A stretch of DNA of 50,293 nt from a virus (lineage: Duplodnaviria > Caudoviricetes), in IMG/VR virus record IMGVR_UViG_3300047409_000283, positions 1 through 50,293 of that record, one strand, 5' to 3'. The notes under the pieces were generated by a model. It saw nothing but the letters and a program-made list of their open reading frames with translations. It was not told the DNA's origin and did no database searches. This document shows, piece after piece, positions 37,294-45,646 of this stretch (the stretch's first letter is position 1; each line of letters starts with the position of its first letter). The translations under genes and the position numbers were made by a program.

Positions 37294-37556
37294 TAAGGCT
37301 TCCCTCCTGCCAGCACGCCGCTAGGGGCATTCACTTCGTCAAGAATGATATTGTCGTACTTTTCGTGCGGGTAATCTTTGAGAAGGGATTCTTTGCAGTC
37401 GGCGGAGCACCAACCTTCATCTGTCAGAATCATGTGCTCACCAGTCAACAGGTAGAGATCATGGAACCACTCACGATCCGGTGCATCTTCCGAAAAATAA
37501 TCGGCAGCACGGGTCAGTAAGTCCATTGCTTTTGTCAGCCTCCCATCGTTATCCAT
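37293..37556 (-). CDS. Hypothetical protein
   Basis: AGGAGG RBS. Confidence 0.65.
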   Translation of the reverse strand: MDNDGRLTKAMDLLTRAADYFSEDAPDREWFHDLYLLTGEHMILTDEGWCSADCKESLLKDYPHEKYDNIILDEVNAPSGVLAGGKP

Positions 37557-37707
37557 TGTTTCCTCCTGCCAGCACGCTTTTCATCGTAAGTGCTCATAAA
37601 GGTAAGGCTGGCATATCTTACAAATCAGCGGATTCCATCCTTCGCAGAAATGCACGGCTCGCTTTTCGCGGTGCCACAATAAACAAGCCCAAGCCAACCA
37701 GATTTCC

Positions 37708-38451
37708 CTAAACATGCAACACACCCTTTAGCCCTGTTGTCGTTTCGTACTCAGCTACCATGTCAAGAACCTTTTGAAGGCTAGCCTTACTGCCAGATTT
37801 GCGATGCGCTAGCAGAGCTACAATCAATTTATCCGCCGAGGCAATTACCTTATTGGCATCTATCAGCAACTTCTTTAGTCGTTCTGTTTCTTCTCGCAAC
37901 TGCCGCGTCTCGGACTCGGCCTTACGTAACAGATAATTCTTGCGCTGGAGTTCATCGAAGTTCCCACGCCCATTCTCCAAGTCGGCTAATAGTTGAGCGG
38001 CCTGCTCCTCCAGGGCGGTGCGGATCGCACGTTCAAGCCACTTTCCGTTTCCAAGTTGATTGCAAACGGTGTCCATTCCATGATGGAACGCATCGAGCGC
38101 AGGATTTTCGTGGTGACCGCCGTTATAAGTCGCATGAATATACTCCCGCAACTTTTCAACTTGCTGAGCCACGTCCGGCCCGGTCACGGGAGCCGCCGCT
38201 TCAACTTTCCCATCCCACAATTCGGCCTTGAATTTCTGCGGACATGCCTCGCACTTGTACCAGAACTGACCGCCGACCAGTTGCTTCTTTAACTGTTTAT
38301 GAGCACACGGCACTGTCACGGGAGAGGCGGGGACGGCAGCCACGAGATCGCCTTTCCAACTTCTAAGCCCATGGCCTGTGTATGGAACGCCGCAAATCGT
38401 ACATGATGCTCGGTCAACTCCGTGATAACTATGTCCGAGTTCCTGCGTCAT
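37708..38451 (-). CDS. Hypothetical protein with N-terminal Zn-binding motifs and coiled coil
   Basis: CTIC, CAH..CEAC; AAGG RBS. Confidence 0.65.
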   Translation of the reverse strand: MTQELGHSYHGVDRASCTICGVPYTGHGLRSWKGDLVAAVPASPVTVPCAHKQLKKQLVGGQFWYKCEACPQKFKAELWDGKVEAAAPVTGPDVAQQVEKLREYIHATYNGGHHENPALDAFHHGMDTVCNQLGNGKWLERAIRTALEEQAAQLLADLENGRGNFDELQRKNYLLRKAESETRQLREETERLKKLLIDANKVIASADKLIVALLAHRKSGSKASLQKVLDMVAEYETTTGLKGVLHV

Positions 38452-38486
38452 TCTTGCCTTCCTTTCAGCCGCGCTGCGCTGACGCG

Positions 38487-39227
38487 CTATGCTTTCGGTG
38501 TTGCTTTCAGTTTCTGTAACGCTTCTAGCATCTTCAGCATCTCCGCGAGGCGCGTCGCCGATGCTGTCTTTGTGACTTGTTTTCCGGTAGCTGGGTCTAA
38601 CGACACAGTACGCACCGGATACTTCGTCTTGTCGGAGCGTAGCCGGCGGCGTTCTTGGTCTTTGCGCTCTTCGAGTTCCAGTTGACCTGACCCCAATCTG
38701 ATGCGACGGTAGTCCAGTGCGCGTTCGGCGTCGTGGACGGCGTGTTTGTAGTCGTCAACAAACGTTTCCAGTTCCGTGCGTGACATCTCGCACAGTGATT
38801 TGGCGGTGGTCTTACCATCGGGTATCCAACGTAGTAAATTGTAACCGTTTGACGGTGTGATTTGACGTCCGGTGTGCGCGATGCCGTCGTCGTCGATTGA
38901 GATATGATCACTGATCTTCATGTCAACGTTCTGCATACACGTCGTACAGTAGTTGGCGTCCAGCACAGACCAACAGAATTGACAAATGAGTTTCTTACAC
39001 GACCGACACCAACGACGTGTATGAGTATCGCTCAGAGCGTGGTCGCACAGCTCAGCGACAAAATTTGGTGGTAGGATGGCGTCGCCGGCGGGTGTCTTAG
39101 TCGCTGCACTTGATTGTTGTGACGGTGGTGCTGGTGGTACTGATGGGATGGATTTGGACTCAGCCTCAGCGATAAGCTGTTCTAACTCAGACGGAGCTTG
39201 CTCCGGTGTTGGGATCTCGTCGGGCAT
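38487..39227 (-). CDS. Protein with B-box-like Cys/His cluster and basic coiled-coil C-terminus
   Basis: CDH......WCRSCKKLICQFC......YCTTC; AGGAG RBS. Confidence 0.7.
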   Translation of the reverse strand: MPDEIPTPEQAPSELEQLIAEAESKSIPSVPPAPPSQQSSAATKTPAGDAILPPNFVAELCDHALSDTHTRRWCRSCKKLICQFCWSVLDANYCTTCMQNVDMKISDHISIDDDGIAHTGRQITPSNGYNLLRWIPDGKTTAKSLCEMSRTELETFVDDYKHAVHDAERALDYRRIRLGSGQLELEERKDQERRRLRSDKTKYPVRTVSLDPATGKQVTKTASATRLAEMLKMLEALQKLKATPKA

Positions 39228-39242
39228 ACGAGAGGTACTCCT

Positions 39243-39446
39243 TTATTTAGTGTTGCTTACAACAACATTACGAGGAAAACCTGGGACGTGAGTGGACGTA
39301 ACAACGATTACTTGTCCGTCTAACCACATCTCGATCAACCGGGCGACTATCTTACTACGTGATCCATGTCGAGGCAACGCCCTACTGAACCTAGTGTGTA
39401 AGGCACGTGACATGCTGTAGGACGAGGTCGCTTGCTTCGTTGCCAT
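39243..39446 (-). CDS. Ribbon-helix-helix-like regulator (leaderless)
   Basis: TSSYSM strand, helix, G.SRSKIVARLIE.WL; ATG lies 6 nt after a -10 box. Confidence 0.55.
   Translation of the reverse strand: MATKQATSSYSMSRALHTRFSRALPRHGSRSKIVARLIEMWLDGQVIVVTSTHVPGFPRNVVVSNTK
39250..39268. promoter_or_regulatory. GTGTTG-N7-CAACAT box (family A)
   Basis: GTGTTG cttacaa CAACAT at 3' end of the RHH gene, upstream of the next RBS. Confidence 0.4.
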
Positions 39447-39452
39447 GTCAAA

Positions 39453-39481
39453 AGTGTAGCAAGCAATTGCTAAGGTTGCAA
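39453..39481 (-). promoter_or_regulatory. Sigma70-type promoter
   Basis: TTGCAA-N17-TACACT-N6-ATG. Confidence 0.7.
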
Positions 39482-39482
39482 G

Positions 39483-39517
39483 CCCTGTAAGTGGTTTGTT
39501 TTGTTACACTTACAGGG
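39483..39517. promoter_or_regulatory. TAAGT-N15-ACTTA box (family B), extended arms
   Basis: CCCTGTAAGTG...CACTTACAGGG; core begins 6 nt upstream of the -35. Confidence 0.65.
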
Positions 39518-39549
39518 TTTTCCACAGACGTACCAAGGTGGTAAACACC

Positions 39550-39822
39550 TCAGAATTGACCGCCGTTCGATGGGTCTTTCGAGGCTGCTTCGATTGGATC
39601 GACGCCAGTAAGAACAGTTGGGTCAAAACGCAGTTCTTCTGGGTTGACATCGGTTACGATGACCCAAACTTTGCTGCCAAGCGGCAATTGGCCACCGACG
39701 TAAATGGTCTCGTCGCTGTACTTGGCTGTCTTGAACGTGACGCTGGACTTGACGTCATAACCACTGACGCTCACGTCCGATTTCATGTTGATGTTTACGA
39801 CGCCTTCGTAGATGTGTCTCAT
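39550..39822 (-). CDS. Hypothetical beta-rich protein coupled to FtsK
   Basis: ATGA overlap with FtsK stop; AAGGA RBS. Confidence 0.6.
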   Translation of the reverse strand: MRHIYEGVVNINMKSDVSVSGYDVKSSVTFKTAKYSDETIYVGGQLPLGSKVWVIVTDVNPEELRFDPTVLTGVDPIEAASKDPSNGGQF

Positions 39823-40970
39823 TGTATTGTAGTGTCCTTTCGAGTGGATTGCGACTGAGTCGCTGTGAAAGTCTGCTGTTGTTGCTGTGCAAATGCTATG
39901 CACTGCGTGATGTCGTCGTTCGACGCGTAACACGAGTGCAAGCGTCGGGATGCCGGGTGATTCGGACTGACGTAGTAACAGTCGCCCTTCGATAGCAAGT
40001 GCTCTGCACCTCCGTGGCCTAAGACAGTACGTGAATCCACTTCCGACGGCAACCGGAAGCTCAACCGCGCGGTGAAGTTAGACTTGATCGTACCAGCGAT
40101 GACGTCCACCGAAGGTCGCTGGGTGGCTGCTATGACGTGTATTCCCGCTGCACGTGAGCGCTGTGCGATTAGCTGTAGCCTGCCTTCGGCTAGTTTTGCT
40201 ATGCCTTTGTCAGCGGCTTTACCAACGAAGTCGGCTAGTTCATCTATCACCAGCACGATGTATGGCAGACGCTTGTGTGAGAACAGTTCGTTGTACTGTC
40301 CGACGTTCTGTTGCTTTGCAGCGGCAAGCAGTTTCAAACGACGTTCCGTTTCGGCGTTCAGCGCGTCCATGTACTCGACAGTTTGCAGCGTCATAGTAGT
40401 GCGCGGTCGCCACAGATGTGGGTCGGCGTCAAACACACCGAATTCAACCTGCTTGGTGTCACTGAGTACCAATTGGACTTCGTCTGGTTTCTTCCAGTAC
40501 GCTAACGCGGCGATCAGACTGCGTAGTAAGACAGTCTTACCACCGCCTGTACTCCCAGCGATGAGTAGGTGTGGTAACTCTGTCAAGTCTTCCCTGAATG
40601 TCTTGCCCTGTGAGTCCACGCCCAGTGCCAGTGGCACTTTCATCCGATCCACCCCGGGTTCCGTCCCGATATGATCTCGCCACAACGGAATGGTACGCAC
40701 TGCGTTGGGTATCGAAATGCCAACGACAGCTTCACCGGGGAGTCGTCTGATTGTGACGTCTTCCACTGCAAGTGCCATCGCGATGTCAGCTGCGAGCGCG
40801 GTGATCTGCGCTACGCGTAAGGAGTTCTTCGGTGCGAATCGATACGTTGTGATCAACGGCCCAACGGTGATGGGTTCCACGAACGTCACTTCGTGGCCTA
40901 GTGACGCCAGTTTCAGCGTCACGGCGGCGATGGTCTTGAACTGTTCAGGTGACACGCTAGTGGGAGTCAT
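39819..40970 (-). CDS. FtsK/SpoIIIE motor (alpha and beta domains only)
   Basis: GP.ITTY...DIA.ALA...IPN alpha domain; PHLLIAGSTGGGKT, VLVIDELAD, RAAGIH.I.ATQRPSVDVI, DSRTVL..GAE.LL.KGD. Confidence 0.92.
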   Translation of the reverse strand: MTPTSVSPEQFKTIAAVTLKLASLGHEVTFVEPITVGPLITTYRFAPKNSLRVAQITALAADIAMALAVEDVTIRRLPGEAVVGISIPNAVRTIPLWRDHIGTEPGVDRMKVPLALGVDSQGKTFREDLTELPHLLIAGSTGGGKTVLLRSLIAALAYWKKPDEVQLVLSDTKQVEFGVFDADPHLWRPRTTMTLQTVEYMDALNAETERRLKLLAAAKQQNVGQYNELFSHKRLPYIVLVIDELADFVGKAADKGIAKLAEGRLQLIAQRSRAAGIHVIAATQRPSVDVIAGTIKSNFTARLSFRLPSEVDSRTVLGHGGAEHLLSKGDCYYVSPNHPASRRLHSCYASNDDITQCIAFAQQQQQTFTATQSQSTRKDTTIQ

Positions 40971-40973
40971 ATT

Positions 40974-41399
40974 CTACTCGAAAACAGCTATACTGTTACG
41001 AACGTTTTGTGTGACGTGAATGTGATGTTTCTTGCCTAGCGAAGTTTTCTTCTTAGAACGTCCTCCCGGTGAACCCAATATGTGAACAGGTTTGGACAAT
41101 TGGTACTCTCCGGGTTCGAATCCCGAGCCCCTGTCAAACGACACGATTTCTTTACGGACGCTTTCTGGTAAGCTGAATCTTACCGCTTTGGTGCCTTTGA
41201 TTAGGTAAGCTGTCTGTTTACCGATAATCATGCCGTCGGCATGGAACATTCTTTGACAAGCAACTGCCATTGCACACTCAGTGTGCTTTTTGCGTTTCGA
41301 GTTGCGAACGTCTGTAGACGTAACTTCGACCCTCAATGGATGTTTCCCGTCAATGACCCTAGTCACCTTAGGAAAGTGTTTTATTATCTGTGAATTCAT
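40974..41399 (-). CDS. Hypothetical basic protein
   Basis: AAGGAG RBS; ECAMAVAC...FD.G..FEPG.Y.L. Confidence 0.65.
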   Translation of the reverse strand: MNSQIIKHFPKVTRVIDGKHPLRVEVTSTDVRNSKRKKHTECAMAVACQRMFHADGMIIGKQTAYLIKGTKAVRFSLPESVRKEIVSFDRGSGFEPGEYQLSKPVHILGSPGGRSKKKTSLGKKHHIHVTQNVRNSIAVFE

Positions 41400-41423
41400 T
41401 TGCTTTTTATCTCCTTGTTGTTA

Positions 41424-42161
41424 TTATTTGAGTTCCTTTGCGCCCAGTGCAGCGGCGTCCAATCCACCCGACGTCAGTTGACCGTAAAACGCTGGCGTCA
41501 GATACTTAAACGACTTCGTAAAGCTTTGTATATCGGTGAACTTGATGAACATCCCGCCTGTTAGCTCAGCGATACGTTGCAGACAGGCTTCGCCTGACGT
41601 GCTACCTGGCCCGTCGCTGATGTGAACGCAATCCACTGGGATTCCGGCTTCTTTGTACTGCGCTGCGCTGTCGAATGCAGCGTATTCGGAATCCGGTTGG
41701 CCGTCACTGACGAGCACGGCGCGCGTAACTGAATACGTGTTTAAGACGTAGTCCATCGCACGTGCCATCGGCGTCGAGCCGTGTGACTGCAACATCATGA
41801 CGGTGGTAAGCGCCAACGGTTGCACTACCGTCAACGGCAGACGGTTTTGTGATGGGTAGTCGTCCCCAAATGGTTCCAGTGCCAGCGCGGTGTCACCAAA
41901 ATTACAGTTCTGTACAAAGCTGACACACGCGTCGCGTAGTGAAACTATCTTCGCGCCGGCCATCGACCCACTGACGTCCAACATCAACGCCAGCCTGTTG
42001 GGACGCGTCAACGGATCGCTGGCGGCGACCTGTATGGGATTACGCAGTCGAGCGTGCAATCCACCGCCTACTGAGACGGAGTGCTTACGCGTCAAACCTT
42101 GATTTGTTTGACTGGATTGCAGCGAATGGTTGTTTGCTGTTGCTGCTGTCTTGTCGGGCAT
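41424..42161 (-). CDS. von Willebrand factor A domain protein
   Basis: AGGAGG RBS at MPDKT; MIDAS DVSGSM, GSTPM, LVSDGQP, LQRIAELTGG. Confidence 0.9.
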   Translation of the reverse strand: MPDKTAATANNHSLQSSQTNQGLTRKHSVSVGGGLHARLRNPIQVAASDPLTRPNRLALMLDVSGSMAGAKIVSLRDACVSFVQNCNFGDTALALEPFGDDYPSQNRLPLTVVQPLALTTVMMLQSHGSTPMARAMDYVLNTYSVTRAVLVSDGQPDSEYAAFDSAAQYKEAGIPVDCVHISDGPGSTSGEACLQRIAELTGGMFIKFTDIQSFTKSFKYLTPAFYGQLTSGGLDAAALGAKELK

Positions 42162-42372
42162 CGTTGTCCTCCTGAACACGATGTAGTTGTTTATTGTGTA
42201 AGTGATATGCTTGTCCACACTTGGGACACTCAAACTGAGCGGTCATCTGTGACTCGTGTAGCTCGCCGGGCACGCGTTCCGTCCAGCGTGTACCACACTT
42301 GCAGATGAATGCGATGGTCTGCATCTTACGTGTGTCGCAAAGCACGGTGATCACATTAAGTGGCTTGTCCAT
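42085..42372 (-). CDS. Zinc-ribbon protein
   Basis: AAGGAGG RBS; FICKCG...FECPKCG. Confidence 0.6.
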   Translation of the reverse strand: MDKPLNVITVLCDTRKMQTIAFICKCGTRWTERVPGELHESQMTAQFECPKCGQAYHLHNKQLHRVQEDNDARQDSSNSKQPFAAIQSNKSRFDA

Positions 42373-43087
42373 AGACCTCCTTCTGCAATCTGTCCCACGC
42401 TGCGTTCAGTGCGCTCATCTTGTCCATTGACCCACCCCTGTCTGGATGCAATTGCATCGCAGCGGCGCGGTAGGCTTTCAGCATACACTCCTGCGGGATG
42501 AGTCTAACGAATTCCACGATCACTGTGTCCAGTGGCTTACCGCGTTGCGCCGAAGGCGAGCTCTGTGATGCTGTTTCGGTCTGCTGACGTGTGATTACAG
42601 TCGCGTTAGCGCCGATCAACTTCAGCATCGCTTGTAGCGGCGCGAGCTGACGTTCCACAAACGTCCATATCTTTGACTGTGGGTCGTAAGAGCGGTCGCT
42701 GACTGGTATGCTAGTTTTAATACCGTCGACGAGCTCACGGTTGAACGGTGAGGACATGCGGTATGCGCTAACGCTGGTGTCCCACCAAATGCGGATGTTA
42801 GATTGTGGTGTCATACGCTCCAGTTGCAGCATGTAAACGACGCTCTTACAGCCGCAGTATTCATCATAAGCAGTGTTCTTTACGTCGCCACATTTGGGAC
42901 AGTAATAGTACTCGCCTTTCTCAGCGAAGATAGCATCCATTACACGCCGCTGTGACGGTGAGTTGTTCGGCCACGCTTGATTTGCGTTTGACCACGTCGC
43001 GTTCTGTCCAAAACCTTGTCCAAGACACGTGTGTGTCCTAGTGTCAGCCCAATAGCCGCAAAATGGGCACATTATTATCGTAAACAC
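42356..43087 (-). CDS. Zn-finger / HARP-like / C-terminal J-domain protein
   Basis: CPFC, CPKC; F.RELVD.IK..IP...RSYDP.SK.W; KAYR.AA.QLHPDRGGS..M..LN.AW. Confidence 0.78.
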   Translation of the reverse strand: MFTIIMCPFCGYWADTRTHTCLGQGFGQNATWSNANQAWPNNSPSQRRVMDAIFAEKGEYYYCPKCGDVKNTAYDEYCGCKSVVYMLQLERMTPQSNIRIWWDTSVSAYRMSSPFNRELVDGIKTSIPVSDRSYDPQSKIWTFVERQLAPLQAMLKLIGANATVITRQQTETASQSSPSAQRGKPLDTVIVEFVRLIPQECMLKAYRAAAMQLHPDRGGSMDKMSALNAAWDRLQKEVYGQAT

Positions 43088-43090
43088 CTC

Positions 43091-43191
43091 AAACGGTGGC
43101 CGACTTGATTGTGTCGACTACCGTTTCAAGTGCCGCGCCGGAGAGGAGGACGCGTATGACAGCGTTGGTAACTCCGGCGCGGTGCTACGTA
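43091..43191. other. Two adjacent intergenic hairpins
   Basis: AAACGGTGGCCGAC/GTCGACTACCGTTT and CCGCGCCGGAG/CTCCGGCGCGG. Confidence 0.55.
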
Positions 43192-43205
43192 AGGTTGATT
43201 GCTTC

Positions 43206-43703
43206 TTACGCAGCGGTCTGTGCCGCGCCAGCGAACGATGCCAGCACTGCGTTGATCTCGTCGTCGGTGGGCGGTTCTGCACCGGGGTGCAGCTTCGACC
43301 ACAACGCCTTCAGTGAGCGGCGCGATGCACTCAACGGATCTGCCACGCGCTTTTCCTTCGGCTCCTGCACGTCAGCCAACAGATCGTAGTTCCCCTCGAT
43401 CGGCTGCCAGTCGGCATCGGTCATGAGCTCGCGCTTCACGTTGTGCTGTGCCAGCGTCAGCCCATAGTTGTAATACGACAGGGCCACGTCGGTGTTGGGT
43501 GTGACTGAGAGGATCTCATCGATCGACTCAGCTTGCGACAGCACGAAGGTCTGGGCCTTGAGCACTTCCACTTGCGAGCCAACTTTGGCCGCGTCAGCGG
43601 TGATCTCTTGGTACTGTTTCTCGCTCTTGTATTCACGTGTGTCGATCTTTCCATCGGCAGACGTGATACGCAGGTTGTAGAAGGTCTGATTGTCAGTCTT
43701 CAT
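43206..43703 (-). CDS. Hypothetical protein, probably highly expressed early gene
   Basis: Downstream of a consensus-like promoter; start at MKTDNQ because the upstream ATG lies inside an operator box. Confidence 0.7.
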   Translation of the reverse strand: MKTDNQTFYNLRITSADGKIDTREYKSEKQYQEITADAAKVGSQVEVLKAQTFVLSQAESIDEILSVTPNTDVALSYYNYGLTLAQHNVKRELMTDADWQPIEGNYDLLADVQEPKEKRVADPLSASRRSLKALWSKLHPGAEPPTDDEINAVLASFAGAAQTAA

Positions 43704-43735
43704 GGTATTCAGCAAACCTTTCTGCTGTGTGTTTA

Positions 43736-43754
43736 GTGTTGCACAGCGCAACAT
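43736..43754. promoter_or_regulatory. GTGTTG-N7-CAACAT box (family A)
   Basis: GTGTTG cacagcg CAACAT just downstream of the predicted TSS. Confidence 0.6.
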
Positions 43755-43773
43755 ATTTTGTAACCCGATTACG

Positions 43774-43803
43774 ACTGTACACCTTTGTACGCACGTGAGT
43801 CAA
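43774..43803 (-). promoter_or_regulatory. Sigma70-type promoter
   Basis: TTGACT-N18-TACAGT; -35 lies within the inverted repeat TTTGTACGCAC/GTGTGTACAAA. Confidence 0.65.
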
Positions 43804-43827
43804 GTGTGTACAAAAGTTTACAGTGGT

Positions 43828-44127
43828 CTAACGTATTGCAGCGCAAGCACTTTCAGTGCGATCAAAGCTCGGTGCAAGATCCACCACGAATTGCAGGGCG
43901 GTGTTGCACCGCTGGCATGTCAGCACCATGCAGTGATCGACGTTGACGGGGTTGTAACTGTCGTTGAAGTGGAATGGACAGCAGCTTTGTTTCCCTTCCA
44001 CTGTGCGACGGCAGTCATCACATGTGTCTGGTCGCATTGTGCTGTTAGATGACGGTTTCGATGTAATCGTGGTTGCGAAGCAAGCCCCGTCACACTTAGG
44101 ACACGTTATTACGGTTTCTTTTGACAT
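43828..44127 (-). CDS. Cys-rich Zn-binding protein
   Basis: CPKC, CDDC, CCPFH, CQRC; AAGGAG RBS. Confidence 0.65.
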   Translation of the reverse strand: MSKETVITCPKCDGACFATTITSKPSSNSTMRPDTCDDCRRTVEGKQSCCPFHFNDSYNPVNVDHCMVLTCQRCNTALQFVVDLAPSFDRTESACAAIR

Positions 44128-44309
44128 TTGTCGAACTCCTTTATCTTTTCAGTGAGTAGTAAGTCTAATGCTTCTGCTAGTGGTAGTGATTTGTCTTCGA
44201 GATACTTGTCTCGTCCAAGACGAACACCAATTTCAACAGCGTAAACAAACATCTCGGTCAGATCTCTTTGAGTGTAGATATGGATCTGATTCTTATTTCC
44301 TAGGATCAT
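44109..44309 (-). CDS. Hypothetical protein
   Basis: ATGA overlap with upstream gene, GAGG RBS. Confidence 0.6.
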   Translation of the reverse strand: MILGNKNQIHIYTQRDLTEMFVYAVEIGVRLGRDKYLEDKSLPLAEALDLLLTEKIKEFDKCQKKP

Positions 44310-44671
44310 TTAATACCTCGATCCTTCATGATCTTTTCCATTGCGAGCTTGTATAGCTCCGGTGCATCATCAAGACTTTCGAACTTCGTTGCTGTCGCTG
44401 CTTTGCGTCCAGCTTTACCGCCAGACGTAAGCAGAATGTTCGGTGCACCGCAGCGCAGTTTCCAATCATCGTCGTTGAACACCGCAGCACAGCGTCGGCA
44501 ACGGTAGACCGTCAGGCGCGCGGTTGTACCATCACTACGTATCACACTGTCTTGCCTAGTGAAACTATAGTTATGATACGACCCACAATGCGGGCAGTGC
44601 ACTCTCCACGCATGTCGACCGCAAGCGCATAGATCATGCTCTAAATCCTTGGTGATGTCAATGTCGGCCAT
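44306..44671 (-). CDS. Zn-finger protein (near-leaderless)
   Basis: CACGRH, CPHC, YRCRRC. Confidence 0.7.
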   Translation of the reverse strand: MADIDITKDLEHDLCACGRHAWRVHCPHCGSYHNYSFTRQDSVIRSDGTTARLTVYRCRRCAAVFNDDDWKLRCGAPNILLTSGGKAGRKAATATKFESLDDAPELYKLAMEKIMKDRGIK

Positions 44672-44678
44672 GTAGACA

Positions 44679-44707
44679 AGTTTAGCCTAAAATGGCACAA
44701 GTGTCAA
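44679..44707 (-). promoter_or_regulatory. Sigma70-type promoter
   Basis: TTGACA-N17-TAAACT-N7-ATG. Confidence 0.8.
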
Positions 44708-44713
44708 GTCTTA

Positions 44714-44949
44714 TAAGTCCTTTGTTTACAACAACTTACATACCTGTGCGTGCTCCAACCGGAACCACCCCAAGCGCAACGCAAAAGCCGACAAAACGAA
44801 GTCAAAAATGAATTAGACAACTCTCTAGAATATATATCATATATCTCAGAGTCATTTGTCAATCATTTTCGGCCGTTTGGCCGCTTTTGGCCTTGGGCTG
44901 ATTCGTTGGAGCACGAACAACTTGTAAGCAACTGCAAACACAGCACTTA
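44714..44949. repeat. Large imperfect dyad: two family B boxes flanking a ~167-bp inverted repeat with AT-rich centre
   Basis: TAAGT-N15-ACTTA 44714-44738; CGTGCTCCAAC 44749-44759 pairs with GTTGGAGCAC G 44905-44915; nested matching blocks; TAAGC-N15-ACTTA 44925-44949. Confidence 0.75.
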
Positions 44950-44967
44950 CACACAATCCAGCTTGTG

Positions 44968-45219
44968 CTATTTCTCACTCAAAAACGTCAGTGTCTCAAA
45001 ATACGCCTTCCAGAAGTTAGGACGCAGACCCGTGAACCACGCTGGATTCCAGACCGCATCGCGCTCGCGCTTGCTAGGCTCGCGTCGAATGCCTCTTACT
45101 TCGCTGCACGGCATTGCCACAGCGTCGGGCGCCATCGCCTGTCGCTGCATCTTGACGTGTGCGTCGTGTAGTAGACGCTCGACGAAGCGTTGAGCAGCTT
45201 CGCTTTGTGTTTGTTTCAT
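44968..45219 (-). CDS. Hypothetical protein
   Basis: GGGAGG RBS. Confidence 0.6.
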   Translation of the reverse strand: MKQTQSEAAQRFVERLLHDAHVKMQRQAMAPDAVAMPCSEVRGIRREPSKRERDAVWNPAWFTGLRPNFWKAYFETLTFLSEK

Positions 45220-45256
45220 GTGTGACCTCCCTGCGAGACGTCTAGTCTCGCGTTGA

Positions 45257-45646
45257 CTACGCCTTGGGTGTCAATCCAAGGTCAGCCAACATGGTCGCAA
45301 CGATCTTCGGATCGATCGCTAGCGCCGGATTCTGTGACAGAATCGTCTTCCAGCTTTCTTTCTTCGTCGACAAGAGCTTCGCTTGCGCCAATTTCATCGC
45401 GGCGTCGCGCGTGCGCTTGATCTCGGCCAACCCGCGCGCTATGACAAACGCAAGTGCGTCGTCATACGTTTGGTGCTTGCCCGATGCCACTTCGTGATCG
45501 ATGCTTTCAGCGTCACGCGGGCTGAGCTCTACAGTACGCTCGCTCGCATCACGACCGAACTCATCCAACACTGGAGGCTTCGGCTGCTCGTTGACCTCGT
45601 TGCTGACCTGTGTGTCTACCACTGCGATAGCATTAGGTGATGTCAT
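45257..45646 (-). CDS. Hypothetical protein, first gene of - strand arm (possible RHH-like segment)
   Basis: AGGAGG RBS; RTVELSPRDAESID.EV.SG...TYDDAL.FVI.RG. Confidence 0.7.
   Translation of the reverse strand: MTSPNAIAVVDTQVSNEVNEQPKPPVLDEFGRDASERTVELSPRDAESIDHEVASGKHQTYDDALAFVIARGLAEIKRTRDAAMKLAQAKLLSTKKESWKTILSQNPALAIDPKIVATMLADLGLTPKA

Noticed and set aside
44750-45193. 147-aa + strand ORF across the dyad
   Set aside because: Against the direction of the arm, overlaps a - strand gene with good RBS, and runs through palindromic non-coding sequence
27019-45646. Integrase/repressor lysogeny module
   Set aside because: No tyrosine or serine recombinase or CI-like motifs recognised; a plasmid-like state cannot be excluded, but no ParA was found
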